Positions 1 through 16,480 of a stretch of DNA of 64,000 bases are shown here, one piece after another. Position numbers and translations under genes: made by a program. Source of the DNA: the human T2T-CHM13v2.0 reference genome, Homo sapiens. The DNA lies in assembly GCF_009914755.1 (NCBI RefSeq), contig NC_060934.1, one strand, 5' to 3'. Numbering within the stretch: position 1 is the first letter of the stretch; each line of letters opens with the position of its first letter. The notes under the pieces are model-generated. The model ran no database searches. It had not been told where the DNA came from and saw only the letters and a program-made list of their open reading frames with translations.

Positions 1-3000
1 AAGCAGACTGACAGTATCAGATATTGGCAAGAATACAGAGCCTAGGGCACTTTTGTACATGGCTAGTGGGAGCACAAAATGCACAATCAATTTAGAAAAC
101 TATTTGGCAGTTTCAAAGAAAGTTAAATACTCATTACCCTGTGATCCAAAAATTCCACTTCTATATAATCAATAAAAACCCTAGGAGATAGGTCTTAACA
201 CTATAGTATAGAGTAAAATCAATGGGGGAAAACCTCTGAGATTTATATGATATAATAAAAAAGGAAAATAACATATGAATTGGAGTCACAAAGGAGAGTA
301 GAAAAAGAATGGAAAAGAAGCAATATTGGCAGAGATAATGAAAGATAATTTTCCAAGTCTGATAAAAGTTATTCAAACACAAATTCAGTAAGTACTCTTA
401 ACCTATAATAGAATACATTGAAACATTTACCCCATGCACATCATTGTAAAATTGTTTCAAACAATCCAGTGAGAATAGTCTTACTTTTAAACAAACCAAA
501 ATGAAATAGACCGTTGACTTCTCAACAGGAGACAAATAGATGACATCCTCAGATTTCCAAAATAAAATAATTTCAACCTAGATCCTGTACCTAACCAAAT
601 ATCTCTCCTAAAAAATGGCTTTTGAACAAATCTCAAGGGGATCGAATAGGTTTGCAAATAACTACATGGTCTTCTAGAACAATGTTTAACATTCTTTAAA
701 GAAATGCCAAAAAGCAAAGCACTAGTCAATGTAAAATTTACAATGTTTGGTATCTAATCAAACATTACTAATTATACAAGAAGCAATAAATTTTGGCTTA
801 CAATGTGGAAAATAATAGAAATAGGATCCAGAAATAAAAGAGAGAAAATAAAATTTGCAGACAATAACATTAAACATGTTTTCACAAATATGTGCAATAT
901 GCACAAAGATTAAAAGAAAAACATGAATATAATTAAAAATGGAAGATATAAAAAAACAGAATTTCTAGATATTAAAAAGTCCAATTATTCTCATCAATAA
1001 CATTTTTAATGGATGAAAATAAAGCAGATTATAGACCCCAGATGAAAATAAAAGTGTACTTAAAAACATAGGAAAGTAAATTTTTCAAAATGAAGACACG
1101 ACAAAGAGGACTGCAAAATAATTAAGTAGGGCCTTGGGAATCTATAGGAGCATAACAGGCAGTCTTATGTTTGTGACTGGAATCCCAGTACAAGAGGGAT
1201 AGGAATACAGAAAAGCTACACATACAATGTAAAACGTTACAACAATATATTTCCTTTTGAAAAAAATGGCAAAAAAACTTTCCAAATTTGATAGAAACTG
1301 TAATGTAACAGATCTCAGAAGCTCAACAAACTCCAATCCAACTAGCTACAAGCACACATACACTCAGAGCCCACTTCATAACACTGCATACACAAGTGGC
1401 TGAACACTAACTACAGAGAGAAAATCTCAAAAGAAAAAAAAGACATAATATGTACAGACAAATTAAAAAAAACTTGAACAGATTTTTGCATCACAAAAAA
1501 GTCACTGTTTAACGGAATGCCATGTTTAAAGTGCTGAAAAGTCAAAAATATATACAAACCTTATGAAAATGTCCTTCGAGAAAGGTAAAGCAAAGACCTT
1601 TTTGGACAACAAAAAGCTGAAAGAATTCATCACAAGCATGTCTGTATTACAAGAAATGTTAAAGGGCATTCATGAGGAAAAAGAGAAATAATTCCAGTCA
1701 GAAACTTGGATATAACCCCAAAAAAGAAAAAGACCCAGAAACGGTAAATAAATGAGTAAATACATCAGCTATGTTAAAATTCCTTTAAAAAGTAACTTAT
1801 AATGTAAAGCAAAAATCATTATAATGTGTTAGATGAATTAAAACATGAAAGAAAAATAAATGATAACAGTAGCACAAAGAATATCAGGGTAGCAAAATGA
1901 ATATGGTATTGTAAGGTTCTTACATTGTAGTTTTAGAAGGTTATTTGAAGATAAACTGTGCTAAGTGCACATACATATTTTAAACACTACGCATATATTG
2001 AGATACCTAATAAGTCAACAAAGAGGATAAAATAAGACCCTAAAAATAATTTATTAAAATAAACCATGAAGGAAAGCAAAATGACATTTAAAAAGATACA
2101 ATAAAGAAATTTTATAATAGATTTAAACTCAAAGGTATTAATTTTATATTTAATGTAAATGGTAAAAAAACACTAATTAAATGACAGATATTGGCAATGT
2201 GACTCAAACATAAAAACTAACCATATTCTATGTATAAGAAATAGGCTTTAAATATCAAGGCTCAGATAGGATAAAAGTAAATGGATGGAAGAATGAGTAA
2301 CATGCACATACTAATCATAAGAAACTTGAAGTTACTATATTACTATCAAAGTAGATTACAGAGCAAGAATCATCATTTCAGGGATAAAAAGAGTTATTTC
2401 ATCAGACAAAGGGTCAAGACATAAAATTGCTAAATGCCCATTTTAAAACTCAAAGAAAAAAAGAGCTTTAAAATACATGAGGCAAAAACCTGATTGAACT
2501 AAAAGGAGAAATAGACAAATCCACAATTATAGCTGAAGATTTTAACCCTCCTTTCTCAGTAATTGATAGTAGTCCGAAAAATAATAGAGAAATAGAAGAC
2601 TCTAGCACATTGATATTATTAAGACATGCCCAAAAAAACAAAATACACATTCTTTTCAGTTGTATGTGGAACATTCACCAAGGTAGGCCACAAGCTAAGA
2701 TCTAAAATTAGTCTTAATTAATTTCAAAAAAATTTATTTTACAAGGGATATTTTCTGACCACTACAGAATTAAATTAGAAGTAAATTACAGAGATGTCTG
2801 AAAAAGCCACAAATAATTGGAAATTAAGCAAAACACCGCTATATAATCATGGTTCAAATAAAAAATCTCACATTTGAACTGAACAAAAATCAAAGCATAA
2901 TGTATCAATATTTGTGTAACTTACAGTAAGTAGTTGAGAAAATGTCATATTGGCAAAATGACAATAGAACGATGTTACAGAAGACAGTCTAGTTATATAG

Positions 3001-3360
3001 ACTATATATAGTTGCTTAATTTTTGAAAAAGTTGTCATGGTAATCCAATGAGAAAGAGCTAATACTTTTCTAGAAGTAGTATTACAACATCTGAGTATGC
3101 ATATGAAAACAAATGAGCTTTATCTCATGGTATATACAACATTTAATTCTAAATGGATCAAAGGTCAAAATGTAAAAGCTTCTAAATATGAAAATTCTAA
3201 AACTTCCTAAAGAAAATACACGAGGGAAATTTCTGTGACTTTGGAGTAGACAAAAGATTTCTTAGGGCACAAAAGGCATGACACACGAAAGAAAAATACT
3301 GATAAATTGCACTTCATCAAAGTTAAAACATCTGGTCTTCAAAAGACTCTTTAGAAAATG
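1..3360 (+). mobile_element. Patchwork of ancient L1M-type LINE-1 fragments (ORF1, ORF2 and 3' pieces)
   Basis: A-rich plus strand with degenerate L1 motifs, e.g. gaagctcaacaaactcca, aaaggagaaatagacaaatccacaattatagctgaagattttaac, gataaattgcacttcatcaaagttaaaac. Confidence 0.75.
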
Positions 3361-4680
3361 TCCAGTTTACAATAATTTGTTAAGTTTTAATCTTATGTTT
3401 TATATACTCGCGTATATGTATTATATATCTAAAAACTAGAGTTTAATAATAATTTATATTTTACCTTCAATAGTTATTTAATATTCATCTGAAGTGAAAG
3501 TTATAAAAATATTGAGTGTTAATTCTGTATCTTTGACATGTTTATGTTTATATTATTACTAATCTGTCTGTTATTCTTGAAATTTTCCACTATTAAAATG
3601 TATATAAATATCATGTAGCAAGATAACAAATTCCATGGAATATTATTCATTAAGAAACATAGTATTTAAAGTTATGTTTATACTGTTATTACTAGCTGCA
3701 TAAAAAAGATATTAAAAGATCTAATAATTAAAATGCTATCAGTATATTTTTTTCATGTTGGTACAAAACTGGGTATTTTTTTCCTTGAAAAGTTGTGTTA
3801 ATTTTTTTCAACTGTAGTGCATGTTACTAGTATACATTACATTTGATATTATTCAGAAAAATAATCTAATGAACATCATAATTATGATATTTCTACTTTA
3901 TTCAAGGTAGTTGTCCACCTTTAAGAGAAAGAGCCCTTTTGCATTTTAAAGATCGTTGTCTTAGTGTTCGGAAATCATGGCCTTTCTCTGAGGCCTAGAC
4001 AGACAAGAAACTCCTGTTTGCATAGGAAGACTCAAGCTAAGGCATCACTCTCATCAGCAGATTTGTGTGATGATAACAGTTGATTAATTCTGTGTTTGCT
4101 GGTGGCACAGTGTGGGTGTCATTAAACTATTTTTATGCTTCATGCATATGGCTTTAAATCAACAATTAGTGATCCTCATATTTATATTTGAGTGGCAGGT
4201 TGTCATTTTTTTTAATACTATTCTCATATTCTTTTTTATTAAAGAAGTGTCAACTCATAAAATATAAAGGTGAATAAAATCTACCTAAAATTTTCATTAA
4301 CATATTCGTGAAGGATTCCAGAGTTAAAGAAAACATCAGCTAAAAAGAAAGGCTATAATGAAACAAAAATAAGGATGCCCATACATTCAAATATGAATAT
4401 ATTAATTACTACAAAGCACAGTTTTTGGTTACAAAATGATACCTAAAAACTTGTCTAAGAGGAAAATTTCATCTAACATGATACAAGATTTTTCACATAC
4501 CAGCTATTGAGCAGCCACCGTGGCAGGAGTTGTGCAGGGTATGTGGACATTCAGAAAGGGAAGAGACATGGGCCTTCCCTCAGAACACACCGACTGGTAC
4601 ACCTCCATTCTTTGTAGTCTGTGATGGGCTCCCACTGAAAATATCAAATGCAAGATCAAGTAGGTTGTGTCTCTTTTCCA

Positions 4681-4827
4681 AAATGAAATTAGACTCAGCC
4701 CAACTTAGCTTCAGGAGCACACTGATGTGAGCTGTGTTTAGTTTTCTGGACTCAAATGAAATCCAACTCAGCCCAGCTTAGCTTTGGGAGCACACTGATG
4801 TGAGCTGTGTTTAGCTTTCTGAGCTCA
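4681..4827. repeat. Tandem duplication, 2 x ~73 bp
   Basis: Unit aaatgaaat..actcagccca.cttagctt..ggagcacactgatgtgagctgtgtttag.tttctg starts at 4681 and again at 4754. Confidence 0.9.
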
Positions 4828-5219
4828 TACAGACAGAACCCCAATGTCATGTGTCTTTGCTTGAAATCTGCAGGCTCTCTGAGCAACAACCAGGGCTGAC
4901 ACCTGTTACCAAAACCAGTTTATTGTATTCATTGAAAACTCCTGTAATCTTTGAGACAATGGGGCTCTCTAAAAAGAAGAAGAGTGGTAAAGGATGAAAT
5001 CAGAGTCCTTTGCATTAAGCTATTAATTAAAAATAAACAAGGACATTGCCCTTCTGGGAAGATAGAGTAGACATACCTTTCCCTGTTCCTTCCACTAAAT
5101 AACAAACAAAACAAACATAAAGAGGACTCAGAAATATGAAGAGAGGAGGCAGACTGGCTAGGGTAGAGCCTTGGAACCCTTTAGCTCACAATATGATGGT
5201 GAGCTACCTGGGCATTTTT

Positions 5220-5606
<387 letters not shown>

Positions 5607-8600
5607 TGAGGTTTCCTTCTTGCCTTACATATTCCAGACTTGGAGCTAAAGAAGCCAGCAACCAGAATATGCCAACAGGTTCAATCTAATAAGTAAAAGA
5701 AAATGAAAAAAAAAAAAAAGAAAAAGAAAACGAAAAAGAAAAAGCCTGCCTTCTGCAGCTTGCAAGTGCAGTGTAACAAGAAAGAAAACTTTGAGGCAAT
5801 AACCACTCTACTCCAACCAAATACTGTGGAAAAAATTGTGGCCCCACTCCACCTTCACCAGCAAAGTCCAAGTTGGGAGCCTAGACTTCTGCCCTCTGGA
5901 AATTGTAAAGAGGGGCCACTATCCCTCCTCCCTCACCACAGTGGTATCAGACAAAGATAGTGAGAGAGTACTTTCATGCCTAATGAGTGGTAATGAGCCA
6001 CCAGTCCCCACTGACCTGTCATTGGTGACCACATGGGAAACCTAGACTTCAACCACCACCCCCAGCACTCACGAGGTGCCCCTTAACTTCTGGAATGGGG
6101 TTAAAGAAGGCCAAATGGAGAGCCAGGGCTTTTGCTATGATCCCGCTATAAGACAAAGCCATCCGTTACACCTCCACCATACCTCATCTCAGAAGGAGGC
6201 CGAGATAGGACCATTAGCAAGGCACCTGTAGCCAGGGATGTATCAATGGAGAACTAGAGGGAATCTGGCATTCCCACTCCCACACAGCTTCAATAGGGTT
6301 CCCCTTTGTGAGTGGCAACAGAAGAAAATGGGGAACCTAGACTTCTCTTCCCACCTGGTAGTAACAAGGTGCGACCCTTCATTTTTCAATGGAGCAGTTT
6401 TACAGGTAGTTGCCTAAAACAGGTTTAAATAAAACCCAGAGTCTTCTAACATGAGATCCCAATTTTCAGATTTCAAAAAACAAAAACAACAACAACAACA
6501 CTCATCATATCATACCAATAACCAGCAAGCTCTCAAACTGGACTTAAAAGAAAACACAATCAGTAAATTCTAACACTGAGATAATACAAAACTGCTTCAA
6601 TGAGCAATTACAAATACATAATTGAAATAATTTTAAAAGAGAGAGTCTCAGCAAAGAAATAGAAGCTATAAAGAAGAAACAAATGAAAATTTTATAAGTA
6701 AAAATGGATAAAATTAAAAGAAAAAATTTAAAAAATTATAATTAGAAATGAAGACTATTATTACCTTTCTCAAAAATCAATAGAACAACTAGTAGGAAAT
6801 TGCTAACAATATAAAATAGCTCAATTCCACCAACCACCACCATCTAAATATCATTTGTAGATCACTACACCAACAATAGCAGGATACGCATTATTCTCAA
6901 TTTCCCATATAACATGTACTAAGATAGACCACATCCTAAAACATCATAAAGGTCATAAAATAAACTTCAACAAATTTAAAATAATTGAAATTATGCAGAG
7001 TATAATCTCTAATGACAACAGAGTCAAAGTAGAAATCAGCAACAACAACAAACAAAAACTGTGCAAACACTTGGAAACTAAACAGCATACTTTTTAATAA
7101 TCCATGGGTTAATGCAGAAATATTAAGAGAAAACAAAAAAATACATAGAACTTAATGACAATTAAAATGCAAAATATCAAAAATTGTAGGACACAGCTAA
7201 AACAGTGCTGAGAGGGAAACTTAGAGTACTAAATGCATTCTTTCAAAAAGAGGAAGAGTCTCAAATTAATAATCTAAGCTCTCATGTCAAGAAGTTAGCA
7301 TCAGAATAGAATAAAACCAAATCAAAAAGAAGAAAATAGTAAACATAGAAATAGAAATAACATAAATCAATAATAGAAAAACTAGAGAAAATCAAACAAG
7401 GGACTAGTTCATTTCAATAAATCAATATGTCCAACTGGTTTTCTAACAAAGGTGTTAAATCAATTCAATGGAAGAAATAAACCTTTTCAATAAGTTGGTG
7501 CTTGACCAATTTGGTATTCATAGGGGGAAAAATCAATCTTGAAGAAAATCTTACATATTACACCAAATTAATTCAAAATGTATTACAAACTTGAATGGAA
7601 AATGTAAAACTATCTACATTTTAGGAAAAACACAGCATAGGAGAAAATCCTTGGGATCTAGGAGGAGGCAAAAATTCAGTTTTGATACTGAAAGCGTCAC
7701 CCACAAAAAAAAAAATTGATAATTTGGGCCTCAGAAACTTAGAAATAGTTTACCTGAAAAAGATCCATATTAGAGGATAAAAAGACAAACTAAAGACTGA
7801 AAGAGAATGTTATCAAATAGCGTATACAAAAAAATATCTGGAGCATGTAAAGAACTCTCAAATTAAAATAGTAAAAAAAGAAAGCCAGTTAGAAAATGGA
7901 AAAAAATTCATTACAGACATTCCATGAAAGATACAGAAATGACAAATAAGCACATGCAAAAATATTCACCATTATTAGCAATTAAGAAAATGCTCATTAA
8001 AACCACAATGAGTTATCACTCAATAGTTATCAGAATGGCTAACATAATAAATAACAACACCAAATGTTGGTGAGGATGTGAAAAATTGGGTCACTCATAC
8101 ATTGCTGGTGAGAATGAAAAACAGTACAGCCATTGTGAAAAACAGTTCAGCAGTCTCTTAAACTAAACATGCAACTACCATATGACCCAGCAATTGCACT
8201 CCTTGACATTTATTCCAGAGAAATGAAAACTTTGTTTATGCAAAAACTGTATGTTAATGTTTATAGCAATTGTATTCATAACAGCCCCCAAATGGAAAGA
8301 ACCCAGATATCCTTCAGAGAGTGAATGAGTAAACTGGATAAATTTCCAGGGAATTATGCTCAGCTAAAAAAATCAAAACCACAAAAACAAATAAGAAAAT
8401 TATATACAGTATGAGTCCACTTATATAGCATTATCAAAATGACAATATTATACTGTCATGGAGAACAGATGAGTTGTTGCCAGAGTTAACGAGGAGTGAA
8501 AGGTGAGCAGTAAGTGGCTGAGGCTATACAAGGGAAGCATAAGGTATCCTTGCAGTAACAGAAATATTTTGCATCTTGACTACCTATTTCAGTATCTTGA

Positions 8601-9325
8601 TTATGATATTGTACAGTTTGTACATCCCTAATCTAAAAATTTGAAATCCAAAATGCTCCAACAAATTTGGAGCAACAAATGCTCCAAAAATATTCAAAAC
8701 GTGTTCATTGCTGACAAGATATCACAAGTAGGAATTTCTGTACCTGACTTCATGTGACAGGTCACAGTCAAAATGCGGGTGCACAACATACCATTTATTC
8801 AGTGTCCCCAAGAAAAAATGCCCTTCCACCCCCACCTCAGCTGTGATATATATTTTCTGCACATACCCAGACTCCCCACCTCAGGCAGGGCCAGGGGGGT
8901 AATGAAATGACATGTGTGTAGGCCAGACACACCAATGGTATGTTCCTCACAATGCCCCACATGGGGCCAAGACCTATATCTAGTACTCACCATGTGTCGT
9001 TGCTTATTCTCTGCTCCGTGGTGTAAAAATTTTGTTGAAAGTGTCAAAAAGGCTCATAGATACCCCTGTAGCTACCAGTAATGAAGAAAAAGAAAGAATT
9101 TTTGTTTATCTAAAGCACAGAAAGTCAAACTGTTGGAGAAACTGGGCAGCGATGTAAGTGTGAAACATCTTACAGAAAAGTATGGTGTTGGAATGATCGT
9201 CATATATGACTTGAAGAAACAGAAGAATAAACTTAGACTTTCTGTGCTAAAAGTGATGACGAGCAGACACTGCACAAAGCTAAAAGTGAAGATTTTGATT
9301 GTGTATTGAAAGTGTGGATGCATTA

Positions 9326-9730
<405 letters not shown>

Positions 9731-11070
9731 TTAAAGAGAACTGCGAACATTAAGCATGCTGATCACAAAAATTTAAGAAAAGACACAGCATTCTTTTTTT
9801 AATTTGTAGTGATAAACTATTTGTTGATCACGAAGCAGTGGCAAGTTTGCCAAGGTCATCGGCGAGTTTGCCAAGGTCATTGTTGATGAAAATGTGACAC
9901 AAGAGTAAGTCTATAATATTGATGAAACAGTGTTATTTTGGTATTATTGCCCCCAGAAAGCCACTGTCTCTAGCTGATGAGGCAGTCCCTACAAGAATTA
10001 AGGATGCCAATAACAGAATAACGGCTAGGCTGTGCTAATGCAGCAGGCAGTCACAAGTGTTATCTCTCTGTGTTAGCCAAAAATGTGCATCCTCACTGTT
10101 TTCAAGGAGTGCATTTCTTATCAGTTTATTACTATGCTAAGAAAAAGGCATGGATAACAAAGGATGTCTCTTCTGATTGGCTTCACAAACATTTTGTACC
10201 AAGTGACTTGTGTTCATTGCAGAGAAGCTGAACTAGATGATGAGTACAAGATTTTGTTATTCCTTGACAACTGTTCTGCTCATCATTCAGTGAAAATTCT
10301 CATCAAAAATAATGTTTATGCCATGTACTTTCCCTCAAATGTGGCTTTATTAATCTAGCTATGTGACCAGGCTATCTTTAGCTCAATGAAGAGTAAATGA
10401 TTTAAAAAACCCACTTTCTTGAACAGCATGCTAGCAGCAGTGAACAGAGGCCTAGGTGTGGAAGACTTATAAAAGAAGTTTAGCATGAAGAATGCCATAT
10501 ATGCTGTTGCCAACGCTTGAAACACAGTGACTAGAGACACATACATTGTCTATAACCTCTGGCCTGTGACTATGATCAGTGATGTTGATGTACAAGATGG
10601 TGACTTTGAAGAATTTCATATGTCAATTGAGAAAAAATAATGCCTGACCTCCTTACATATGTAAAAAATACATGTTCAGAGTCCTTCAGTAAGTGGAAAA
10701 GAGTGGCTATTTCAGAGGTTTTTAACATTTACAATGACACTCTAGTGGTTCATTTATGGACCAATGCTGAAATAGCTAAAATGATTCTAAATCAAGAACA
10801 TCGTGATACTTATGATGAGAATGATGACATTAACGCAGCAGAAAAAGTGCCTGTAGGTGACATGGTGAAATGTACAATGGGCTTACTGAAGGACTAGAAG
10901 AGCATGCATTCAGAGCAGAACAAGAAATCATGTTGGTTTATAAAATCAAAGAAAGACTTTTAAGACAAAAAAAAATCTTTTTTTTCTTAAAAAAGTGGGC
11001 AGGTCACAAATATTAAAAAAAATTGTTAACTAGGCAGATGACTCTAAATATTTTTAAAAGCCACCCAGTA

Positions 11071-11365
<295 letters not shown>

Positions 11366-11926
11366 GCCATCCAGTAGAACGCCTCATCACCCCTAGAGAA
11401 CTCACTTTCTGGTCCCTTAACTGCTTCTTATCTAAGAAAAATAGAACAGTTTACAGTCTTTTAATCATGACACAGCATTTTAGGTGGATACTGAAAACCT
11501 GCCACTGTTTGTTGTTACTGTTGTTTAACAGCAGATACAGGTATTCTGGAAATGCTACTGTGCTGCTTAGTTATTCTGAACACATTACTTTTTCATTGTA
11601 TTAATGGCATGTCACTTTTTAACCTTACTACTAAGTATTTATGTGTAAATAAGTGTAAGGAAATGATTGTTTATTGGTAGCATATAAATTCAGAGTCAGG
11701 AATGATGGTGATGCCAAACAACCACAGATTGTCAAGATGGGTGGCTGAGATAGTGACACTTTTGTTTTCTGATGATTCAGTGTACATAAAGTTTGTTTCA
11801 AGCACACAATTATTAAAATATTGTATAAAATTGCCTTAAAACTATGTGTATAAAATCTATATGAAACATTAATTTTGTGTTTAGACTTGGGTCCCCTCCC
11901 CATGATATCTCATTATGTAGGTGTAA

Positions 11927-12267
<341 letters not shown>

Positions 12268-15044
12268 TTCTGGTCCCAGGCATTTGGATAAGAGATACTG
12301 AACCTGTACTACAGTTTTGGAAGACTTTACTATTGAAGAAAACCAAGTAAAGTATATGTTGGAATTTTGTACATTATTCCTTACAACAGAATAATCTACA
12401 CTTGTTTAAAAATAAAACATTTAATTAAATAAATAAGCAGAGGATTGCAGACATAACAAATTAGAAGATAGTGGGTAGTGTGAAAGATTAACCATATAGG
12501 TAAAGCTTTATTGAACTGAGGAATCTAATGAAACTTAATTGACAAGGTTTAGAGAAGGCATCACAGAAGACTTGCTTAGAACTAGATCTGAAGAAGTAAT
12601 AGGATCCTGAAAAGCAGAGGTTAATGGCCAAATGAAACCAAAAACAGCATCAGAGGAACATGAGGACAGGTGGAGCAATTAAAAACAAGGATTTACTAAG
12701 GATACGGTAGAGGCAGTATGGTGTGGAGGGAGGAATGGCAAAGGCATTTCTGTGAGGTAGCATCCACAGGGTTAGAAGAGACACAAAACTGGAAATATCA
12801 CAGGTTTAGAAGAATACGTTCAGCATTGAAAGGTATATCAGAACTCTGAGTTGTGAATGCTTTTAGAATAAGGACATTTCTTAATCAATATTGTGTCACC
12901 AAATCACAGTCTAATATCTGGTGCATAACAAACGATTCATTAAATGCTGTTGCTGATTTCACTGAAAACAATTTTAGTGTAGTGACGGGGGAAGTAGACA
13001 GATTTCAGTGTGTCGAAGAGTAAAAGAGAAGTAGAAAATAAACGATTCTTCTTAAAAGGCTTAGTTCTGAAGGTAAGAGGCAAAAAAAAAAAAAAGAGGC
13101 AAGGACACATTTTATATTACATTCTTTTTGTCATTTTAAGATGTGAGAAACTTGTATATACATCTTTGTTAGAAAAGGAGATTGAAAACCCAGGAGAAAA
13201 GATAAAGGTACATATGGAAATGAACCTTACGGAGGTAAATGGATACAGATGTTTGTAGGTGGAGTGGTAGGAGTGCACGCCAGATGGCCTCTATTTTTCA
13301 ATTAAGTGGGAGGTGGTTCGTGCTCTGCTAAGAGAGAGGAGAAAGAATGGGGGCCAGAAGTCAGTCTCGAGTTTGGAATAGATGGAAAATGGGAATGGAA
13401 ACTGAGCTATCAGCATAAGCCCATTCCTCTTAAATATTTGTCTCCATGTGGGCAGCACCTTTATTCATTGAAGTGTTCTTCCTCACTTTGAAGCTGATAT
13501 TTTCAACCCCAAATTATGCACTTCTCTTCTCAGCCAGGCTTTCTGCTAAGAATAACTAAAAACTATGTATAAATGTCTCTATATCCCAAATCATATTTAA
13601 TCAGCATAGTATATTTTTGAACTTATATACACATGTTAATTTTTTAGAGACATTTCAACATTATGCTTTCTTCAAGGACAAAATGAATGAAAAAGCCTAG
13701 AGATGTGTTTTCTCACCTTTTGCATGCACTCTATTGAACACAGAATATCTTATAAGTCATAGGAGAGTGTTACCTATTTTTAGACAAGTGCTTTTGTAAA
13801 TTTCATACACAATGGTAGAAGAATATTTTAAACCCTAATTGAACTAAACCATCTCATTATCTGGCTCTACTGACCAAAGCGTGTTGCCATGGTGATAAGG
13901 GAATCAAGTCAGCAGGTCCTACTGTGAGAATTTTCCACTCCAGATGCTTCATCAGTTCCATCTTGCTCATCTCCAGACACATTGTGATCAATTTAATAGC
14001 AGAGAAACAGGATCTACAAAGGGGGAGAAAAGGAGTGTTTTTAGCAAACCTTACGCCAAAATATGTTGACATATAATTTACAAAATAAGCACTTTCTAAA
14101 TACAAGAACACTTTAGGTTTTTCAAGAACAAATGAAAACCTTTAAAGATATATGTATTAATTTAACAGTTTATGAATTTTTATACATATCCAGGTAAAAA
14201 TCAAAGCTCAAGCAATAAAATGTTTCGTTGTCTGCATAACTGGTCTTAAATATAATTAAAGCTTATTTACATAAAAGGTTTGGAGCCCAAATAAGACTTA
14301 CAGATTGGCGGAATTCAGGTTTTGGCTAAGGATAGGTAATTTCTATACTGAAAGATAAAATCTAAGAGCAAAAATTCAAAGTAGTTTCAATTTAGGTCTC
14401 AAAATGGAACTTGGAACTATAAAGCAATGTTTTAGACTATAAAAAATGTTAAAATTTTGTTACTTCTACATGTTTGCTATTATTGCTGTTTGCTTAGCCG
14501 AAGTGGCATTACAAAGTCTCAAATTCTAAGGCATTATGAAATTGTGTTTAAGAGAAGAAACAAGAGACAGAACTAGAAAAACTGCCTCCCCACTCCCCGT
14601 TTTTTGTCACTTGTGGTATGGGAGGAAAACCACATGGAATAAAATGCTTGTGACAGGATTTAAGTAAAAAAATTCTGGATAAAAATGGCAAGAGGCTAAC
14701 CAAACCAATATGTTTCTTTCAAATTTCTTATTAAAGTGTTCATGAAGGTATACTAAAACATGATGCAAAGATGTACCATATTCTAAACCAAAAATAACAC
14801 AAAACAATATCCCAGAATCTGGAATTAATTTATACTTGCTGGATTTTATCTGTTATACAGTTAGGTGTCTTCTCTGTTTTATTTTGCTAGTCTGTGCCCC
14901 AAGTCTAGGATATTCCTTGGCACTTATCAGGTGCTCAAAAACATTTGTTTTCCTCATTGTTAACTGTACAGTTTTGGGATATTGATTGAGAAGAACTTTT
15001 TAGACTACATACCATGTTTGGTCCTTTGGAAAATAACATCATAA

Positions 15045-15749
15045 TGTGACAGTGGGTAGCTAGTGAGACACAAACAGGGCAGGAGACGGCCCCCACACCC
15101 CACCAGGAAAGTCAGGCGACCATCAGGTGATGATCAGGCAGTTGTCACACTGTCTCTCTAAAATAATTGGTCACACCAGTGCCAGGGAAAGTAGTTTCCC
15201 TATAAATAGGAAACACCTGAAACTGATGACCAGCAGTTTCCTGTAAGATCACAGGAGCTGGGTAAGTGGGTGCACACATATGCACTAAGAAGAGAAATGG
15301 CAGAATTTAACTCATATATGACCTTCCAGGGGCATTCTGTCAGAAAAGAGAAAAACACCTCAGGTGAGCATGCGTACAACTCCAGTAAACACACTGCACA
15401 TGCATCCCGCCCAAGCACTAGTGGCCACCAGGCATGCGGACAGCCCACCCCAACAAAAGAATCAAGGGAAAAGGGATGCAAGACCCCAGAAGTATGCCAG
15501 CATATAAAGCCCCAAGTCAAAAGGTCAAACCTGGCACTTGTCCTTCAAGTCACCCACCTGACCCTCTCCCAAGTGTACTTTCCTTCCTCTTGTTCTTGCT
15601 CTAAAGCTTTTTAATAAACTTTCACTCCTGCTCTAAAACTTGCCTCTATCTCTTCTTCTGCCTTATTACGCCCCTCAGTTGAATTCTTTCTTCTGAGGAG
15701 GCAAGAAGTGAGGTTGCTGCAGACCTGTATGGATTCCCTGCCGCTAACA
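15045..15749 (+). mobile_element. Solo ERV1 LTR, MER50-like
   Basis: TG...CA termini, perfect 4-bp TSD ATAA (15041-44, 15750-53), TATA-like catataaag and AATAAA (15613). 5' sequence matches recalled MER50. Confidence 0.85.
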
Positions 15750-16347
15750 ATAAGCTTCCAAAGAAAGTAGGTAAACAGAATGCCTCATCTCAGTGTACAC
15801 AGGGACACACTAAGGAAAACCTACTATGTAAGTGCCATCGTCTGGGCCAGTCAGAACGAGAATCATCTCCCTATTTCTTTTTCATATTTTTTCTCATGTA
15901 TACTCGTCTTCACAACTGCCAAGGTTCCACACAGCAGGAACAAGAGAGAGATGTAAGGTAGTAGGTTGCAACTTGGCAAACAGAAGCAGAGTTTGAGGTA
16001 AAATTTAGGAGCAATCCTTTCTGGGTTATTTAGATTTTCATATCCTGCATGACACAAAGGGGATTATAAACATTTGCTTCTTTGGATTACTCATAGAATT
16101 CGACTATCAGAGCAAAGTAGGTGCAACTAAAATTAATTCAACATACAAACACACAAAAAATAATATCCAGTGACATGCAAACTAAAATGGGGTGAAATAC
16201 CCATTACACGTCACCCAAAGACCTAGCTCTAAGTAGGAAAATGTGACAGCATATATGTGTGCAGTAAGCACTGAAGGTAGGGTCTCTTTTTAAATGCTTT
16301 CTAAAAGCCAACATCAGAATTAAAAAGCATGATTGAAACAGAATAGT

Positions 16348-16480
16348 GCCAGGTATGGTTGCTCATGCCTGTAATCCCAGCATTTTGGGAGGCTGAGGCA
16401 GGAGAATCGCTTGAGCCCAGGAGTTCCATACAAGCCTGAGCACCAGAGTGAGACCCTGTCTCTAAAAAGAAAAAAAAAAA
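16348..16480 (+). mobile_element. Alu monomer (FLAM-type)
   Basis: Single ~120-bp Alu arm followed by an A-tail. Confidence 0.85.

Noticed and set aside
10164-10897. Transposase-like ORFs as a domesticated JRK/TIGD gene
   Set aside because: They are broken by stops, frameshifts and an Alu, and lie within TIRs, so this is a fossil transposon.
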